A DNA stretch of 63,360 bases, filler included, from Octopus bimaculoides (GCF_001194135.2; 6 parts of 4 records of this genome joined end to end with filler, not necessarily neighbours in it), one strand, 5' to 3'. Shown: positions 14,682 to 29,112, numbered from the whole stretch's first letter. Numbers and translations: made by a program. The notes: generated by a model not told the origin, from the sequence alone.

Positions 14682-15644
14682 TATATATATACATATATAC
14701 AGATATATATGTTTGTGTGTGTCTATATATATATGTATGTGTATATACATACATGCATATATGTATATTTATATGTGTTTTATATGTGTGTATGTGTGTG
14801 TGTGACTGTATGAGTATATATATATGAAAATATATAGTTTTAGNNNNNNNNNNNNNNNNNNNNNNNNNNNNNNNNNNNNNNNNNNNNNNNNNNNNNNNNN
14901 NNNNNNNNNNNNNNNNNNNNNNNNNNNNNNNNNNNNNNNNNNNNNNNNNNNNNATATATATACATCTAAATACACGTATGCAGGCACATGCACAATGTCT
15001 ATGCATGTACATATAGACACACCCTTATACACACGTATCCCCGCTTCTCACTCTCAAGCTCCACTTCATAAGTTTATTAATCTTAATTTATGTGCAGCGC
15101 TCGTCTGGTTGCGGAGAAATTAATAGCCATCATTTTTTTTCCCCCATCTGCAGCTCACCACTCCCTCCACGTCACCACACCGCTTCCATAGTACGTCACT
15201 GCTTCCCAATATCCCAGGCTGCCACTCCACTACGCTCCACACCACTGCAAACACCATATAACACAACCACCACATCTTTAAATAGCAATGATCCCCAAAG
15301 TAAAGAGGCACTAAATCCCTTTTTCCCTTCATCCTTCTCTCCCCTACCATTTCACCCCGCGCTTTCCCTGTTTTTTTTCTTCATTTTTTTTTTCATAGGG
15401 TTCAGTATGTGCCTATCAAACGACAACACCGGCCGCCCAATGCCCTGAACGGGGGAATAAGGTTGTCGCTTATATAACACTCCTAACACTATCACATCTA
15501 TTTAACGAGAAAGCTAATCTCTGGGGGCAGGTAAAAAAAGAAGAAATAGATGTTGTCCCTTTCTCTCTCTCTCTCTCGCTCTCTCTCTATCTCTCTCTCT
15601 AACTCTCTCTCTCCCCCTCTCTCTCTCTCTGCTCAGTTACGACC

Positions 15645-15714
15645 ATAATGACCATAACGGTGATGATGATGATGATGATGACGATGATGATGATAATGAT
15701 GACAGTAAGGATGG

Positions 15715-15772
<58 letters not shown>

Positions 15773-16178
15773 GTTGATGAAGATGATAACGACGTTAGTA
15801 AGGATGATAATGATAATGACGATGATGATGATGATGATGATGACGACGACAACGATGAGGCTGTCATGTCAAAGAGAATGATAGCAGTGATCGTGTTGAC
15901 GATTATGATGATGACGACAAGGACGATGACGACAAGGACGATGACGACAAGGACGATGACGACAATGATCGTGGTTGTGGTGCTGATGACAACGGCGGCG
16001 ACGACGAAGACGACGACGACAGTGTTGATGATGATGATGATGATGATAACGAAGATGATTTCATCCAGTTGCCAGAAGAGCATGAGATAAAGTGGATATG
16101 ACAAGGAGGGATTACAATTTGTGTAATGATGATGATGATGATGATAATAATAATAATAATAATAGTAATAATAAAAAT

Positions 16179-16250
<72 letters not shown>
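15645..16250. repeat. (GAT/GAC)n followed by (AAT)n microsatellites
   Basis: Directly visible. Other (AAT)n tracts are at about 12640-12750, 16740-16900 and 18672-18770. Confidence 0.97.
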
Positions 16251-16762
16251 TCTACCTTCTGCAGGCATAAGACCTGAAATTTGTGGGGTGGGGGACTAAT
16301 CAATTACATCGACTCCAGTGTTTTTTTGGTACTTTATTTATCGACCTAGAAAAGACGAAAGACAGAGTCGGTCTCGGAGGAAATTTGAACTCAGAACGTA
16401 AAGACGTAAAAAAAACTTTTACATTTTGGGTTCAAATTCCGCCGAGGTCGACTTCGGTTTTCATCCTATCGGGATCCGGGATCGGGATGGTGATGGTGAT
16501 CACAATGGATTCTTTTATTGGCCACAAGGGCCTAAAAAGGTTGGGAGCAATACAAAGATGAAATAAGAAATTAGTGACAGATTCTTACAGACTGAAAATT
16601 CGGCGAAACCACCGTAACCACTACGACCACTTCGACCACGACCACCACGAAGAGTACCGCCATCACCAATAACTGCAACAACGACAACAAAAAACGACTG
16701 CAACTGCAACAACAATTGTAGTAGTAGTCCTACTACTACTTGTAATAATAATAATAATGATA

Positions 16763-16829
<67 letters not shown>

Positions 16830-16831
16830 TA

Positions 16832-16864
<33 letters not shown>

Positions 16865-18671
16865 ATAATAATAATAATAATAATAATAATAATTATCGTT
16901 GTTATTTCTTTAATTAATATTATTGTTGTTGTTGTTGTTGTTGTTGCTTCGTTGTGGTTATTTCATTTCATTTAATAACATTAATTACAATGACAATAAA
17001 CTTTAACAGAAAACAAAGAATGAAAGACAACAGCAACAATAACAACCACCACCACCATCACAACAACAACAACAACAACAAGAAAAAGAAAAAAAACAAC
17101 GACGACTGAACAACCAACGAACCAATCAATGATTAAGAATGATTCAATAAATTTATTTAGATATTTAGATATTAACCTTTCCTCTCGTATGTCTGCTGGT
17201 GAAACCTACTGGAAACAAAACAAAAAAAAAAAAATTAAAGAATAAAACACACTACAAATACAAACACATACATTCACACACACTAACACACACATACATA
17301 CACGCATACACATACAAAGTACGAGCAAAGACAAACATTTTTTCCACCCCACCTCCCTAAAATTATAAATCTTCCCACTACCACTCATGCTACACAACTG
17401 CTACCACTGTTCGCGAAACACATGACCACCATGCATTTGCTACCATCATGAAAGCAGTTACAATAACTGTATTTAGCCAGTCAGTCAGCGAGCCAATGGC
17501 GCTAACAATACTACGCGACAGCCTGAAGTGTGATTTTTTTTTTTTTTGTATTTTGGTTTTTCAATGTTTCAGTAAGCACAGGTCAAGCTTATATCTCGCA
17601 GTTATTAAACAATTACTGTGTATTTTTTCGTGGTTGTTTTGTGGTAATTTTCTTTTTTGATTCGGGAGTATCTCATTTGTTTTTTTTTCGTTTTATTTTC
17701 TCCTCCATTCATTTGCGATTGTTACAACGCCCAGACTCAAATACAGACACAGAGACAAAAGTATACATATATACACACACAGAGACATACACAAGCACAA
17801 ATATATATATATATATATATATANNNNNNNNNNNNNNNNNNNNNNNNNNNNNNNNNNNNNNNNNNNNNNNNNNNNNNNNNNNNNNNNNNNNNNNNNNNNN
17901 NNNNNNNNNNNNNNNNNNNNNNNNNNNNNNNNNNNNNNNNNNNNNNNNNNNNNNNNNNNNNNNNNNNNNNNNNNNNNNNNNNNNNNNNNNNNNNNNNNNN
18001 NNNNNNNNNNNNNNNNNNNNNNNNNNNNNNNNNNNNNNNNNNNNNNNNNNNNNNNNNNNNNNNNNNNNNNNNNNNNNNNNNNNNNNNNNNNNNNNNNNNN
18101 NNNNNNNNNNNNNNNNNNNNNNNNNNNNNNNNNNNNNNNNNNNNNNNNNNNNNNNNNNNNNNNNNNNNNNNNNNNNNNNNNNNNNNNNNNNNNNNNNNNN
18201 NNNNNNNNNNNNNNNNNNNNNNNNNNNNNNNNNNNNNNNNNNNNNNNNNNNNNNNNNNNNNNNNNNNNNNNNNNNNNNNNNNNNNNNNNNNNNNNNNNNN
18301 NNNNNNNNNNNNNNNNNNNNNNNNNNNNNNNNNNNNNNNNNNNNNNNNNNNNNNNNNNNNNNNNNNNNNNNNNNNNNNNNNNNNNNNNNNNNNNNNNNNN
18401 NNNNNNNNNNNNNNNNNNNNNNNNNNNNNNNNNNNNNNNNNNNNNNNNNNNNNNNNNNNNNNNNNNNNNNNNNNNNNNNNNNNNNNNNNNNNNNNNNNNN
18501 NNNNNNNNNNNNNNNNNNNNNNNNNNNNNNNNNNNNNNNNNNNNNNNNNNNNNNNNNNNNNNNNNNNNNNNNNNNNNNNNNNNNNNNNNNNNNNNNNNNN
18601 NNNNNNNNNNNNNNNNNNNNNNNNNNNNNNNNNNNNNNNNNNNNNNNNNNNNNNNNNNNNNNNNNNNNNNN

Positions 18672-18773
<102 letters not shown>

Positions 18774-19084
18774 TCGCTGTGAAAACAACATCCATTCGTG
18801 AATTTATTTATTAATTAATTTTTTTTAAATACATATTTTACCTGTGTATTTGCGTGTGTAAACTGGGAATGCATACAATGAGCTTCTCTGCCCTAGGTGT
18901 ACGGAAAACACTCGGCAAGAAATGGAGAGGCGAACAATCGATCACAAGGACCACAGTACTTGACTTGTACTTGATTTATCGACTCCAAAATGATGAAAGG
19001 CAAAGTTCACCTCGACGGAATTTGAACGCGGAACCGCTAAGCATTTCGCCTGGCGTGCTACCGATTCTACCAGCTCACCGACTT

Positions 19085-19139
<55 letters not shown>

Positions 19140-19927
19140 TTAAAAATAATAATTCCATTTATTTGACACCAAGACGAAAGATGAAGAGGACATTACAAAG
19201 ACACATAAAGTATGGGGATATACGTATAATGAAGTGATAAAACGATTAAAAAAAACACAAACGGTTAAGTATTCACGGTATAGAATGAAAAGAAAGAGAA
19301 ATATATAGAGTATTCAACGTTAAAAATAAAGATAATAAAAATGTATAGGACGATAGTGATGTAGGTCTTCTGATACAGAATGACCTTTACGGATAATTCA
19401 GGAGCCCAACTGTCCGAGATTTCCCTGAACGGTAAGAGCAAGCGTCCCTTCCAATTTCTTTTCTCCGACTCACAGGTCTACACTCAGAGAGGTACCATCC
19501 ACTCTTGCAGGTTCCTCTGTTCCTCTTTCGGATTGTTACTAATATGGTTGGTTGGCACTCCGTCGGTTACGACGACGAGGGTTCCAGTTGATCCGATCAA
19601 CGGAACAGCCTTCTCGTGAAATTAACGCACGAGTGGCTGAGCACTCCACAAATACGTGTACCCTTAACGTCGTTCTCGGGGATATTCAGCGTGACACACA
19701 GTGTGACAAGGCTGGCTCCTTTGAAATGGCATTAATATAAACCTAAAGCTTGTAGCAACCACCGTGCAATTACAAATAATGGAGCATATAGTCGCGTTAA
19801 CAAAGGGATGTGGGTTCGTGTCCCACTCAGATAGAAAAGCCTATTTTTTTTTCTGTCGAGGGCTTATATGCCCCATTATTAGACCATTTTCCTTAGAAAT
19901 TGCATGGTGATCGTTATNNNNNNNNNN

Positions 19928-19974
<47 letters not shown>

Positions 19975-20134
19975 ATGCATGCATACACCTAGATACTTGT
20001 GACACATATACATATACACATATACACATATACCTATATTACATCGATTCATATATGTACATATATATACACTCATCTTCATAAATACGTACATACAGAC
20101 AGAAATACATACATATATACATGCACAGACACAC

Positions 20135-20222
<88 letters not shown>

Positions 20223-21113
20223 ACATATATATATATATATATATATACATATATATATAAATGGAGTAGCATGAAACGTGCGTACTGCAATCACCTTTGA
20301 AATCCGTGTTGCTTATTTTGATTTTTTGATCACCTATCCTTTTGGAATGGTTTTTGTATAATATAATACCATACCATACGATATTCTGGTGCCTACACAT
20401 AAGTAACATATTCAATCTTGAATCTAAATCTAAACCCTCTACATATATATATATGTAGGGGCTAAAAGCAACAGTAACATCCACCCCTAGGGGTCAGCCA
20501 CACTTAAGTGGCAATATACTACACTTTATCGTGCAGTTACTGTTAATACTTCATTTAGAGAATTAACATTGCTTGTTTTCACCTTTTCGATATCAGTGAA
20601 GAATTTCACTGGAAAAGTAGATATAAGATTGCCAGGTTTTTGTCTCTCTCACCAAGGTCAGTAGCTATCGAACGCNNNNNNNNNNNNNNNNNNNNNNNNN
20701 NNNNNNNNNNNNNNNNNNNNNNNNNNNNNNNNNNNNNNNNNNNNNNNNNNNNNNNNNNNNNNNNNNNNNNNNNNNNNNNNNNNNNNNNNNNNNNNNNNNN
20801 NNNNNNNNNNNNNNNNNNNNNNNNNNNNNNNNNNNNNNNNNNNNNNNNNNNNNNNNNNNNNNNNNNNNNNNNNNNNNNNNNNNNNNNNNNNNNNNNNNNN
20901 NNNNNNNNNNNNNNNNNNNNNNNNNNNNNNNNNNNNNNNNNNNNNNNNNNNNNNNNNNNNNNNNNNNNNNNNNNNNNNNNNNNNNNNNNNNNNNNNNNNN
21001 NNNNNNNNNNNNNNNNNNNNNNNNNNNNNNNNNNNNNNNNNNNNNNNNNNNNNNNNNNNNNNNNNNNNNNNNNNNNNNNNNNNNNNNNNNNNNNNNNNNN
21101 NNNNNNNNNNNNN

Positions 21114-21150
<37 letters not shown>

Positions 21151-21379
21151 ATAAATCTACATACATACATACATACATACACATTGAGATCAAGCAAATC
21201 TTAAACTGACATTTACTGAACATATGCGGCAGGGTGGTGGGGTGGACGTTTGCAAGTAAATAGTGGTAGGGAATGGAGTCGGCGGTGATGCTTACGGCCC
21301 GTGGAGGTAGTGGTGGATGCTGACAAAGATATAGGATGATGGCGGAGGACACAAACACGTCCGACAGCGACGACGACAT

Positions 21380-21592
21380 CAACAATGATGGTGGAGGTGG
21401 TGGAGACGACGACTGATGAAAAGAAGAAGAAGAGGAAGAGAGGAAGAAAAAGAAGAAGAAGAAGAAGGAGAAGGAGAAGAAGGAGAAGGAGAAGAAGTAG
21501 TAGTAATAGAAGAAGAAGAAAAAGAAGAAGAAGGAGAAGAAGAAGAAGTAGAAGAAGAAGAAGAGGAAGTAGAAGAAGAAGAAGAAGAAGAA

Positions 21593-21651
<59 letters not shown>

Positions 21652-21742
21652 TGATGATGATGATGATGACGACGAAGTAGGTGGTGGTGCCGGTGATCCT
21701 GCTGCTGCTGTTAATAATGATGATGATGATGTTAATGAAGAT

Positions 21743-21789
<47 letters not shown>

Positions 21790-22066
21790 CGATGGCAAAG
21801 GTGACGACGATGATGATGATGATGACGCCGACAACGACGTCGTGGATGACGAATATGAAGATGATGATGATGATGGTAAATGGCACTGCTTGCTACTTAT
21901 GATGCAGAGGTTACGGTACTAGTAGTGACGGTAGCGATGCTAGTGATGACGATGACGATGATGATAATGATGATGATGATGATGATGATGACAATGACGA
22001 TGACGGTGACGATGATGATGGTGACGATGGTGACGATGATGATGATGGTGGTGGTTGTGGTTGTGA

Positions 22067-22097
<31 letters not shown>

Positions 22098-22402
22098 GAT
22101 GACGATGATGATGATGATGATGACGATGATGACGATGATGATGATGATGATGATGACGATGATGGTGATGATGATGATGACGATGATGATGATGATGATG
22201 GTGATGACGATGATGNNNNNNNNNNNNNNNNNNNNNNNNNNNNNNNNNNNNNNNNNNNNNNNNNNNNNNNNNNNNNNNNNNNNNNNNNNNNNNNNNNNNN
22301 NNNNNNNNNNNNNNNNNNNNNNNNNNNCAATGACGATGACGGTGACGATGATGATGGTGACGATGGTGACGATGATGATGATGGTGGTGGTTGTGGTTGT
22401 GA

Positions 22403-22433
<31 letters not shown>

Positions 22434-22760
22434 GATGACGATGATGATGATGATGATGACGATGATGACGATGATGATGATGATGATGATGACGATGATG
22501 ATGGTGATGATGATGATGACGACGATGATGATGACGATGATGGTGATGACGATGATGGTGATGACGGTGACGATGATGATGATGATGATGATGACGACGA
22601 TGATGATGATGATGATGATGATGACGATGGTGACGATGGTGACGATGATGACGATGGTGACGATGGTGACGACGAGGATGATGATGATGATGGCAGAGGT
22701 GGTGGTGGTGGTGTTGGTGCTGGCGCTAGGGAAGGAGGTTGATGGTGGTGGCGGAGGGTG
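21380..22760. repeat. Compound trinucleotide microsatellite block (GAA)n/(GAT)n/(GAC)n/(GGT)n
   Basis: Directly visible. It explains the poly-E/D/M/S ORFs in the track. Confidence 0.97.
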
Positions 22761-22926
22761 GCATGAAAATACATTTCAAAAATAGCTGCAGACAACAATC
22801 TCCGCTCTTCTCAGCTTGATGCGAGAGACGCCAAGCGTTAAATGGTATCAAACTAATGCTACGCTGCCGTACTAAAGAGATTTTAGTAGCGGAGTACTAA
22901 GCACTAAGTACTGAGACTAAAATACG

Positions 22927-23023
<97 letters not shown>

Positions 23024-23091
23024 AGTAGAGAGAACGGAGAAAAAGGAGCGTGGGTATGAACGCGTTCGTGGTATGCATGTGTTTGTGTGTT

Positions 23092-23132
<41 letters not shown>

Positions 23133-24134
23133 AGAGAGTCTTTGCCGAACGCAGTACTCTTAGCTGTTCTAGCTGCTCGGCTCAGGAACCAGTGCTCACG
23201 TTCCTCTTTAACTGGCACTTTGAATTAATGGTCAGGATCAATGCCGTTGGAACACCAAACTGCTTTTAAATCTACTTCCTCTCCTCCCCTTCCAATTTCC
23301 TTTCTCTCTCTCTCTCTCTCTGTCTCTCTGTCTCTCTCTCGCTCACCTTACTCTTTCTCACACTCACATACATACACAAATGCGAGTACAGATAATCACA
23401 TGTTTCTTACCCTTTCTATATCACCCTCTAACCCTTTCTTATTTCGCAATTCGCAATTCTTCCTCGCAACATGTCCTAGCTTCTCAATTTTGGTTCTCTC
23501 TGCCTTCAACCTTCTCTCATTCTATGTTTTAGACTCTCGCTATTTTCCATTCCTGCCTCTCTTCGTCTTCCTTTTTAATCTCAATCGTCTCATAAAATAA
23601 CTTTTCTTTAACTTTTATTCTCTCACTCTCTCTCTTTCACATTCTCTTCCCCTACGTACTGTCTCTCACTCTTTCATATATATATATATATATATGTACA
23701 TATGTGTGTGTGTGTGTATACACATATTATATATATATATGTATATATATAAATGGATACACACATATATATATATTCATATTTTCATTTTTCATTTTAT
23801 CCAGTTTCAGCTCATGAGCTGTGGCCATGCTGGGATATATATATGAGAAGTAGATAGACGGCCAACAACTGATAAAGGGTCCCATCTCAGTGTATTTACT
23901 TGCCCTGGTTTCCATTTTTTTCTCGTTTACGTATTTCCCTCGTTTTTTACTCGTTTGTTTTCGTATTTCATGTTATTTGCACTGTTGGTGACGTCCTGTA
24001 CCCATATATGCATGTTTACATAATATATTATATTATATATTATTTATTATATATATATACGTAGATACAAAATATATGGATATATATTCGTGAAGATATG
24101 TATGCATATATGTATGTACGTATGTATGTATATA

Positions 24135-24211
<77 letters not shown>

Positions 24212-25403
24212 AAATGAGAGAGAGTATACCTTTCAATGTATATGGATGGATATACATGCATGCATACATACATACGTACAGACAGAAGACAGTCATATAC
24301 ACACATGCATACGTATATTGGCTGTTGAATGAAAATGTGCGTATCTTATCATGTACATCAAAGTAACTCAGCAGCGAGGTACAGACAGTTAAAACTGACT
24401 GCAATTTTCGAGAAGCGAAACTGAGCGGAATCAACTCGTGGCTATTCAGAAAATACTTAATACCATTTGCTAAAGTGTGTTAATTTATGCAAACATTACA
24501 TAGAACAAAATTAGACGTTCTAAATATATGAATAGAAATCAGTATATTGGACTTTCTGAAGCAAATTTTCAAAACCGTGGCCTAGTTGTAGCACCGGCGG
24601 AGGTCATCGGAGGTCATCGAAGGTTTGTAATAAATTGATGAGGGCCGGTTCGGTTTTAGATGTGCAGGCAAAAAGCAAAGGAACAGTTGTCGATGTGGAG
24701 GAGACATCCTTACACACACACATCCAACCACTTGACAAGTGGTATTGATGTGTTAACGTTCCCATAACTTAGCAGTTCGGGAAAAGAGTCTGACAAAATA
24801 AGTACCAGGCTTACAAAAGTCCTGGGGTCGATTCATTCATGTTTAAGATATGTGGATTGGCAGATCTGCCGGCAGACACAGACGCTCATACTCACGTTTA
24901 TTACATACGATGGAAAGAATATCACAAACAGTAACAAAAAATTTAAAAGAATAAAAAACAAAAAGTTGAATAAATTGAAAGAAGAGTTACCCGCACCCCC
25001 ACCAACTTTTCCATCTGCAGAGGAATTCCAGAAAGAAATATCAGAAGAATAAAACAGAAAGATGAGAACCAAAGTAATTGGTATATCTGTTGTAAGGGTG
25101 GCAATGTAGGGTATTGGTAACTGCTTAACTGTAGATTCAAGTACCAAAGTAAAGTTTAAACTTCCTTTCAACATATGGGAAGTGCGGAAGAAGAAAGATT
25201 CGAAACGGGAACCGCACGATTAGCAAGCGGATGCTTATCTCACTTTTATCTCCCTCCTTCCCTATCGCTGACATATTAGCTCTGGTAACGATGGGATGTA
25301 CTGTGTTCTGTGTACTATCTATTTATGTGAGAACGCGTGTTTGTGCATATATATTACGTATGTATGTATGTATGTTTGCATGTATGTATTTATGTATCTC
25401 TTT

Positions 25404-25507
<104 letters not shown>

Positions 25508-25665
25508 CGACATTTGTTAGTCTCGTTTTGGTGAAACATTGCAAACTGCTGTTCATATTAATTTTATATATACACATTAGCGAATCGCTAAATGATCCAA
25601 TTGTATGGAAGACAGAAACAAATGCTAATGGCAAAGTGACTCCAGAAAGAACCGAAGGCGAGCTG

Positions 25666-25719
25666 GCTTAACTGATGAGGTGACGGGAAATTGCCGAAAC
25701 TGACGCGTCGATATTAAGC
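25666..25719 (+). ncRNA. Type I hammerhead ribozyme motif (one helix III mismatch)
   Basis: Helix I GCTTAA/TTAAGC, core CTGATGA, helix II GGTGA/TTGCC, GAA, helix III ACTGAC-GC-GTCGAT, then unpaired A25713. Confidence 0.6.
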
Positions 25720-27306
25720 ATTCCCGATCGGCACGTTTCGNNNNNNNNNNNNNNNNNNNNNNNNNNNNNNNNNNNNNNNNNNNNNNNNNNNNNNNNNNNN
25801 NNNNNNNNNNNNNNNNNNNNNNNNNNNNNNNNNNNNNNNNNNNNNNNNNNNNNNNNNNNNNNNNNNNNNNNNNNNNNNNNNNNNNNNNNNNNNNNNNNNN
25901 NNNNNNNNNNNNNNNNNNNNNNNNNNNNNNNNNNNNNNNNNNNNNNNNNNNNNNNNNNNNNNNNNNNNNNNNNNNNNNNNNNNNNNNNNNNNNNNNNNNN
26001 NNNNNNNNNNNNNNNNNNNNNNNNNNNNNNNNNNNNNNNNNNNNNNNNNNNNNNNNNNNNNNNNNNNNNNNNNNNNNNNNNNNNNNNNNNNNNNNNNNNN
26101 NNNNNNNNNNNNNNNNNNNNNNNNNNNNNNNNNNNNNNNNNNNNNNNNNNNNNNNNNNNNNNNNNNNNNNNNNNNNNNNNNNNNNNNNNNNNNNNNNNNN
26201 NNNNNNNNNNNNNNNNNNNNNNNNNNNNNNNNNNNNNNNNNNNNNNNNNNNNNNNNNNNNNNNNNNNNNNNNNNNNNNNNNNNNNNNNNNNNNNNNNNNN
26301 NNNNNNNNNNNNNNNNNNNNNNNNNNNNNNNNNNNNNNNNNNNNNNNNNNNNNNNNNNNNNNNNNNNNNNNNNNNNNNNNNNNNNNNNNNNNNNNNNNNN
26401 NNNNNNNNNNNNNNNNNNNNNNNNNNNNNNNNNNNNNNNNNNNNNNNNNNNNNNNNNNNNNNNNNNNNNNNNNNNNNNNNNNNNNNNNNNNNNNNNNNNN
26501 NNNNNNNNNNNNNNNNNNNNNNNNNNNNNNNNNNNNNNNNNNNNNNNNNNNNNNNNNNNNNNNNNNNNNNNNNNNNNNNNNNNNNNNNNNNNNNNNNNNN
26601 NNNNNNNNNNNNNNNNTATATATATATTTACCACACAGCCACACCTGAGCGTCTTATGAGTATATAACAACATTGCAGCCTTTGCTGGTAATGTGAAGTT
26701 GTGTGGGTCATTCGTGGCCCTCAAGATATTCAGTGTAAATCATGCCGTAAGTGTGAGAATAGTTACAACGTCTTTTAGGTGATTAAGTGACATGTTTAGA
26801 GGGAATTAGCCAATATTCCTGTTGGTAAAAGAGAAAGTGGTTTGTTATAGAATTCAGTCAAGAAGATAACGTTGTGTTTGGTGCATTTTTATATATGTGT
26901 GTGTGTGCGCGCAACTGTTTGAGTGCTTCTGTGTGTGTGTTCCTGTGTGTATGTGTGCGTGTGTGTATGTGTATGTGTGTGCATATATTTATAGGTATAT
27001 ATATATATGTATTTGTACGCATATACAAACATGTATGAATATATACTTATAAATAAAAATACAAACTCAGGCAATATGCATATATATATATATATATATA
27101 TATGCATGTGCATGTGCATGTTTGTGTATTTATATATATACACACACACATATGGTCGGAGAAATTGCTGCACATACGCAAAACTATTGCCTTGCATACA
27201 CTTTCACTTTCACTTTCGCAATCTCTGAGAGACAAGGAAGAAAGTACAAAAAAAGAAAGAAAAGAGATTGAAATGACGAAGGAATAAGTAAATAGATAGA
27301 TAGATA

Positions 27307-27366
<60 letters not shown>

Positions 27367-27787
27367 AATGTGTGTGAAATACAGAGAGATACGGAGGGAT
27401 ATACAGGGAAAGGAAGAAGGAGAGAATGATTGACCGAGAGAGAGAGTTAGAGGTTGATAGACAAATTGATAGATAGATAAATATATAAACAGATAGAGAG
27501 AGAGAGAGAGCGGAAGACGATAATGTGACGTGTGCCACAGAAAGACGGTGTCATCCCAATGACAGCCATCTTATCAAAGCTACTAGCTTAGTTGGCTGTT
27601 AAACGACAACTGGTAGAGTGAACTAAATTGATGGCGGAAGAAAAACAGCGATCATATGATATCTGATACGTTAAGTGGTAAGCAGTTATATAAGTAAGGT
27701 TATTTGATATCTTCTACTCTACTGATTGTTCTATTAATGGATGAAATAAATCCTGGCCTCTCTTGTCAGCACTTCGGCAACTATAAA

Positions 27788-27831
<44 letters not shown>

Positions 27832-27851
27832 TATACATGTATACATGCCTT

Positions 27852-27885
<34 letters not shown>

Positions 27886-28084
27886 CATACATATATACAT
27901 ATATACAATGTATATATATACACATAAATATATGTATACATATATATATACACACACACAAAGACATACATACTTACACACGTGCGCACAGGTACACACA
28001 CACACACATGCACGCACACACATATACATACGTGTGTGTATTTGTGTTTATATGCATAGATAGAAACAGACATGTATAGGTATA

Positions 28085-28158
<74 letters not shown>

Positions 28159-28590
28159 TATACATGCATATACATGTATGCATGTATACACCCATGCATA
28201 TGTGTGTGCGCGTGTATATATTCGTATATATACACGCCGAACTATACACGCACACACACACACACACACACACACGCATGATGCACAGTTTGTGAAGTTT
28301 TTAAGCTTCAATAAAACACTATCTATGTATGTATGTGTGTGTATCTGTATATATATTTATTCATATATACGTATATATACGCACAGAGGTATATAGCCAT
28401 AGAAAGAGAAAGGGAAAGATAAAGAGAGAGAGAGAGAGAGAGAGGGGGGGTAAGAAAGATGGTAGAAAGAAGAAAATGTAAGTTTGAATAAGTCACGATT
28501 AAAACTATTACTTTATACATCCTTAGGACCTATACATCCATAGATACAAAGATACATTCTGCATATATATATATATATATATAATGTATC

Positions 28591-28626
<36 letters not shown>

Positions 28627-28891
28627 GTTCCTGTCTCACACACACACTCACACATACATACATACATATGCATATATGTATATGCATATATATATATATA
28701 AATTTGTTTAAATATATGCATATGTGTGTATGTGTGTGTGTAAGAATTATTTGGTAATTACCATAAAAAGGAAGATATTTATGGTTCACATAAAAGTCGA
28801 AAAAAAAAAGAGCTACGTGTTGGAATGGCATATTATTCGAAAACACGGGTAATGAACCGCCGAACAGGATCACTTGTTAAATACTAAATGG

Positions 28892-29112
28892 TTAACCGTT
28901 TAGCATTGAAACTGGCCATTCCAGGCGCATATATCCTGCGTGTTTTATGTTCAAACCAGTCAAATCTAGTTTCTCAGAGCTCTTCTACAATGTCTTTAGA
29001 AGCGAACAATCCTATCGAAATCTCGAAGCTACGAGATAATGCCTGGCGATTTCAAAACAATTTGAATAAATAATCATTACATTTGACAGAACAATCCGAA
29101 TGCTAAAGTTAC
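28892..29112. mobile_element. piggyBac-like MITE (TTAA-flanked, CC(C/G)TTTAGCATT termini)
   Basis: TTAA-CCGTTTAGCATT at 28892-28907 and AATGCTAAAG at 29099-29108. A related partial copy lies at about 5960-6122. Confidence 0.55.

Noticed and set aside
21416-21922. 168-aa poly-Glu/poly-Asp acidic ORF
   Set aside because: It lies wholly within (GAA)n/(GAT)n repeats, has no unique coding flank or splice sites, and is open in several frames for the same reason.
24852-25052. ORF ending ELPAPPPTFPSAEEFQKEISEE
   Set aside because: It looks protein-like, but I recognise no homology or convincing splice pair, and it is driven by A-rich sequence.
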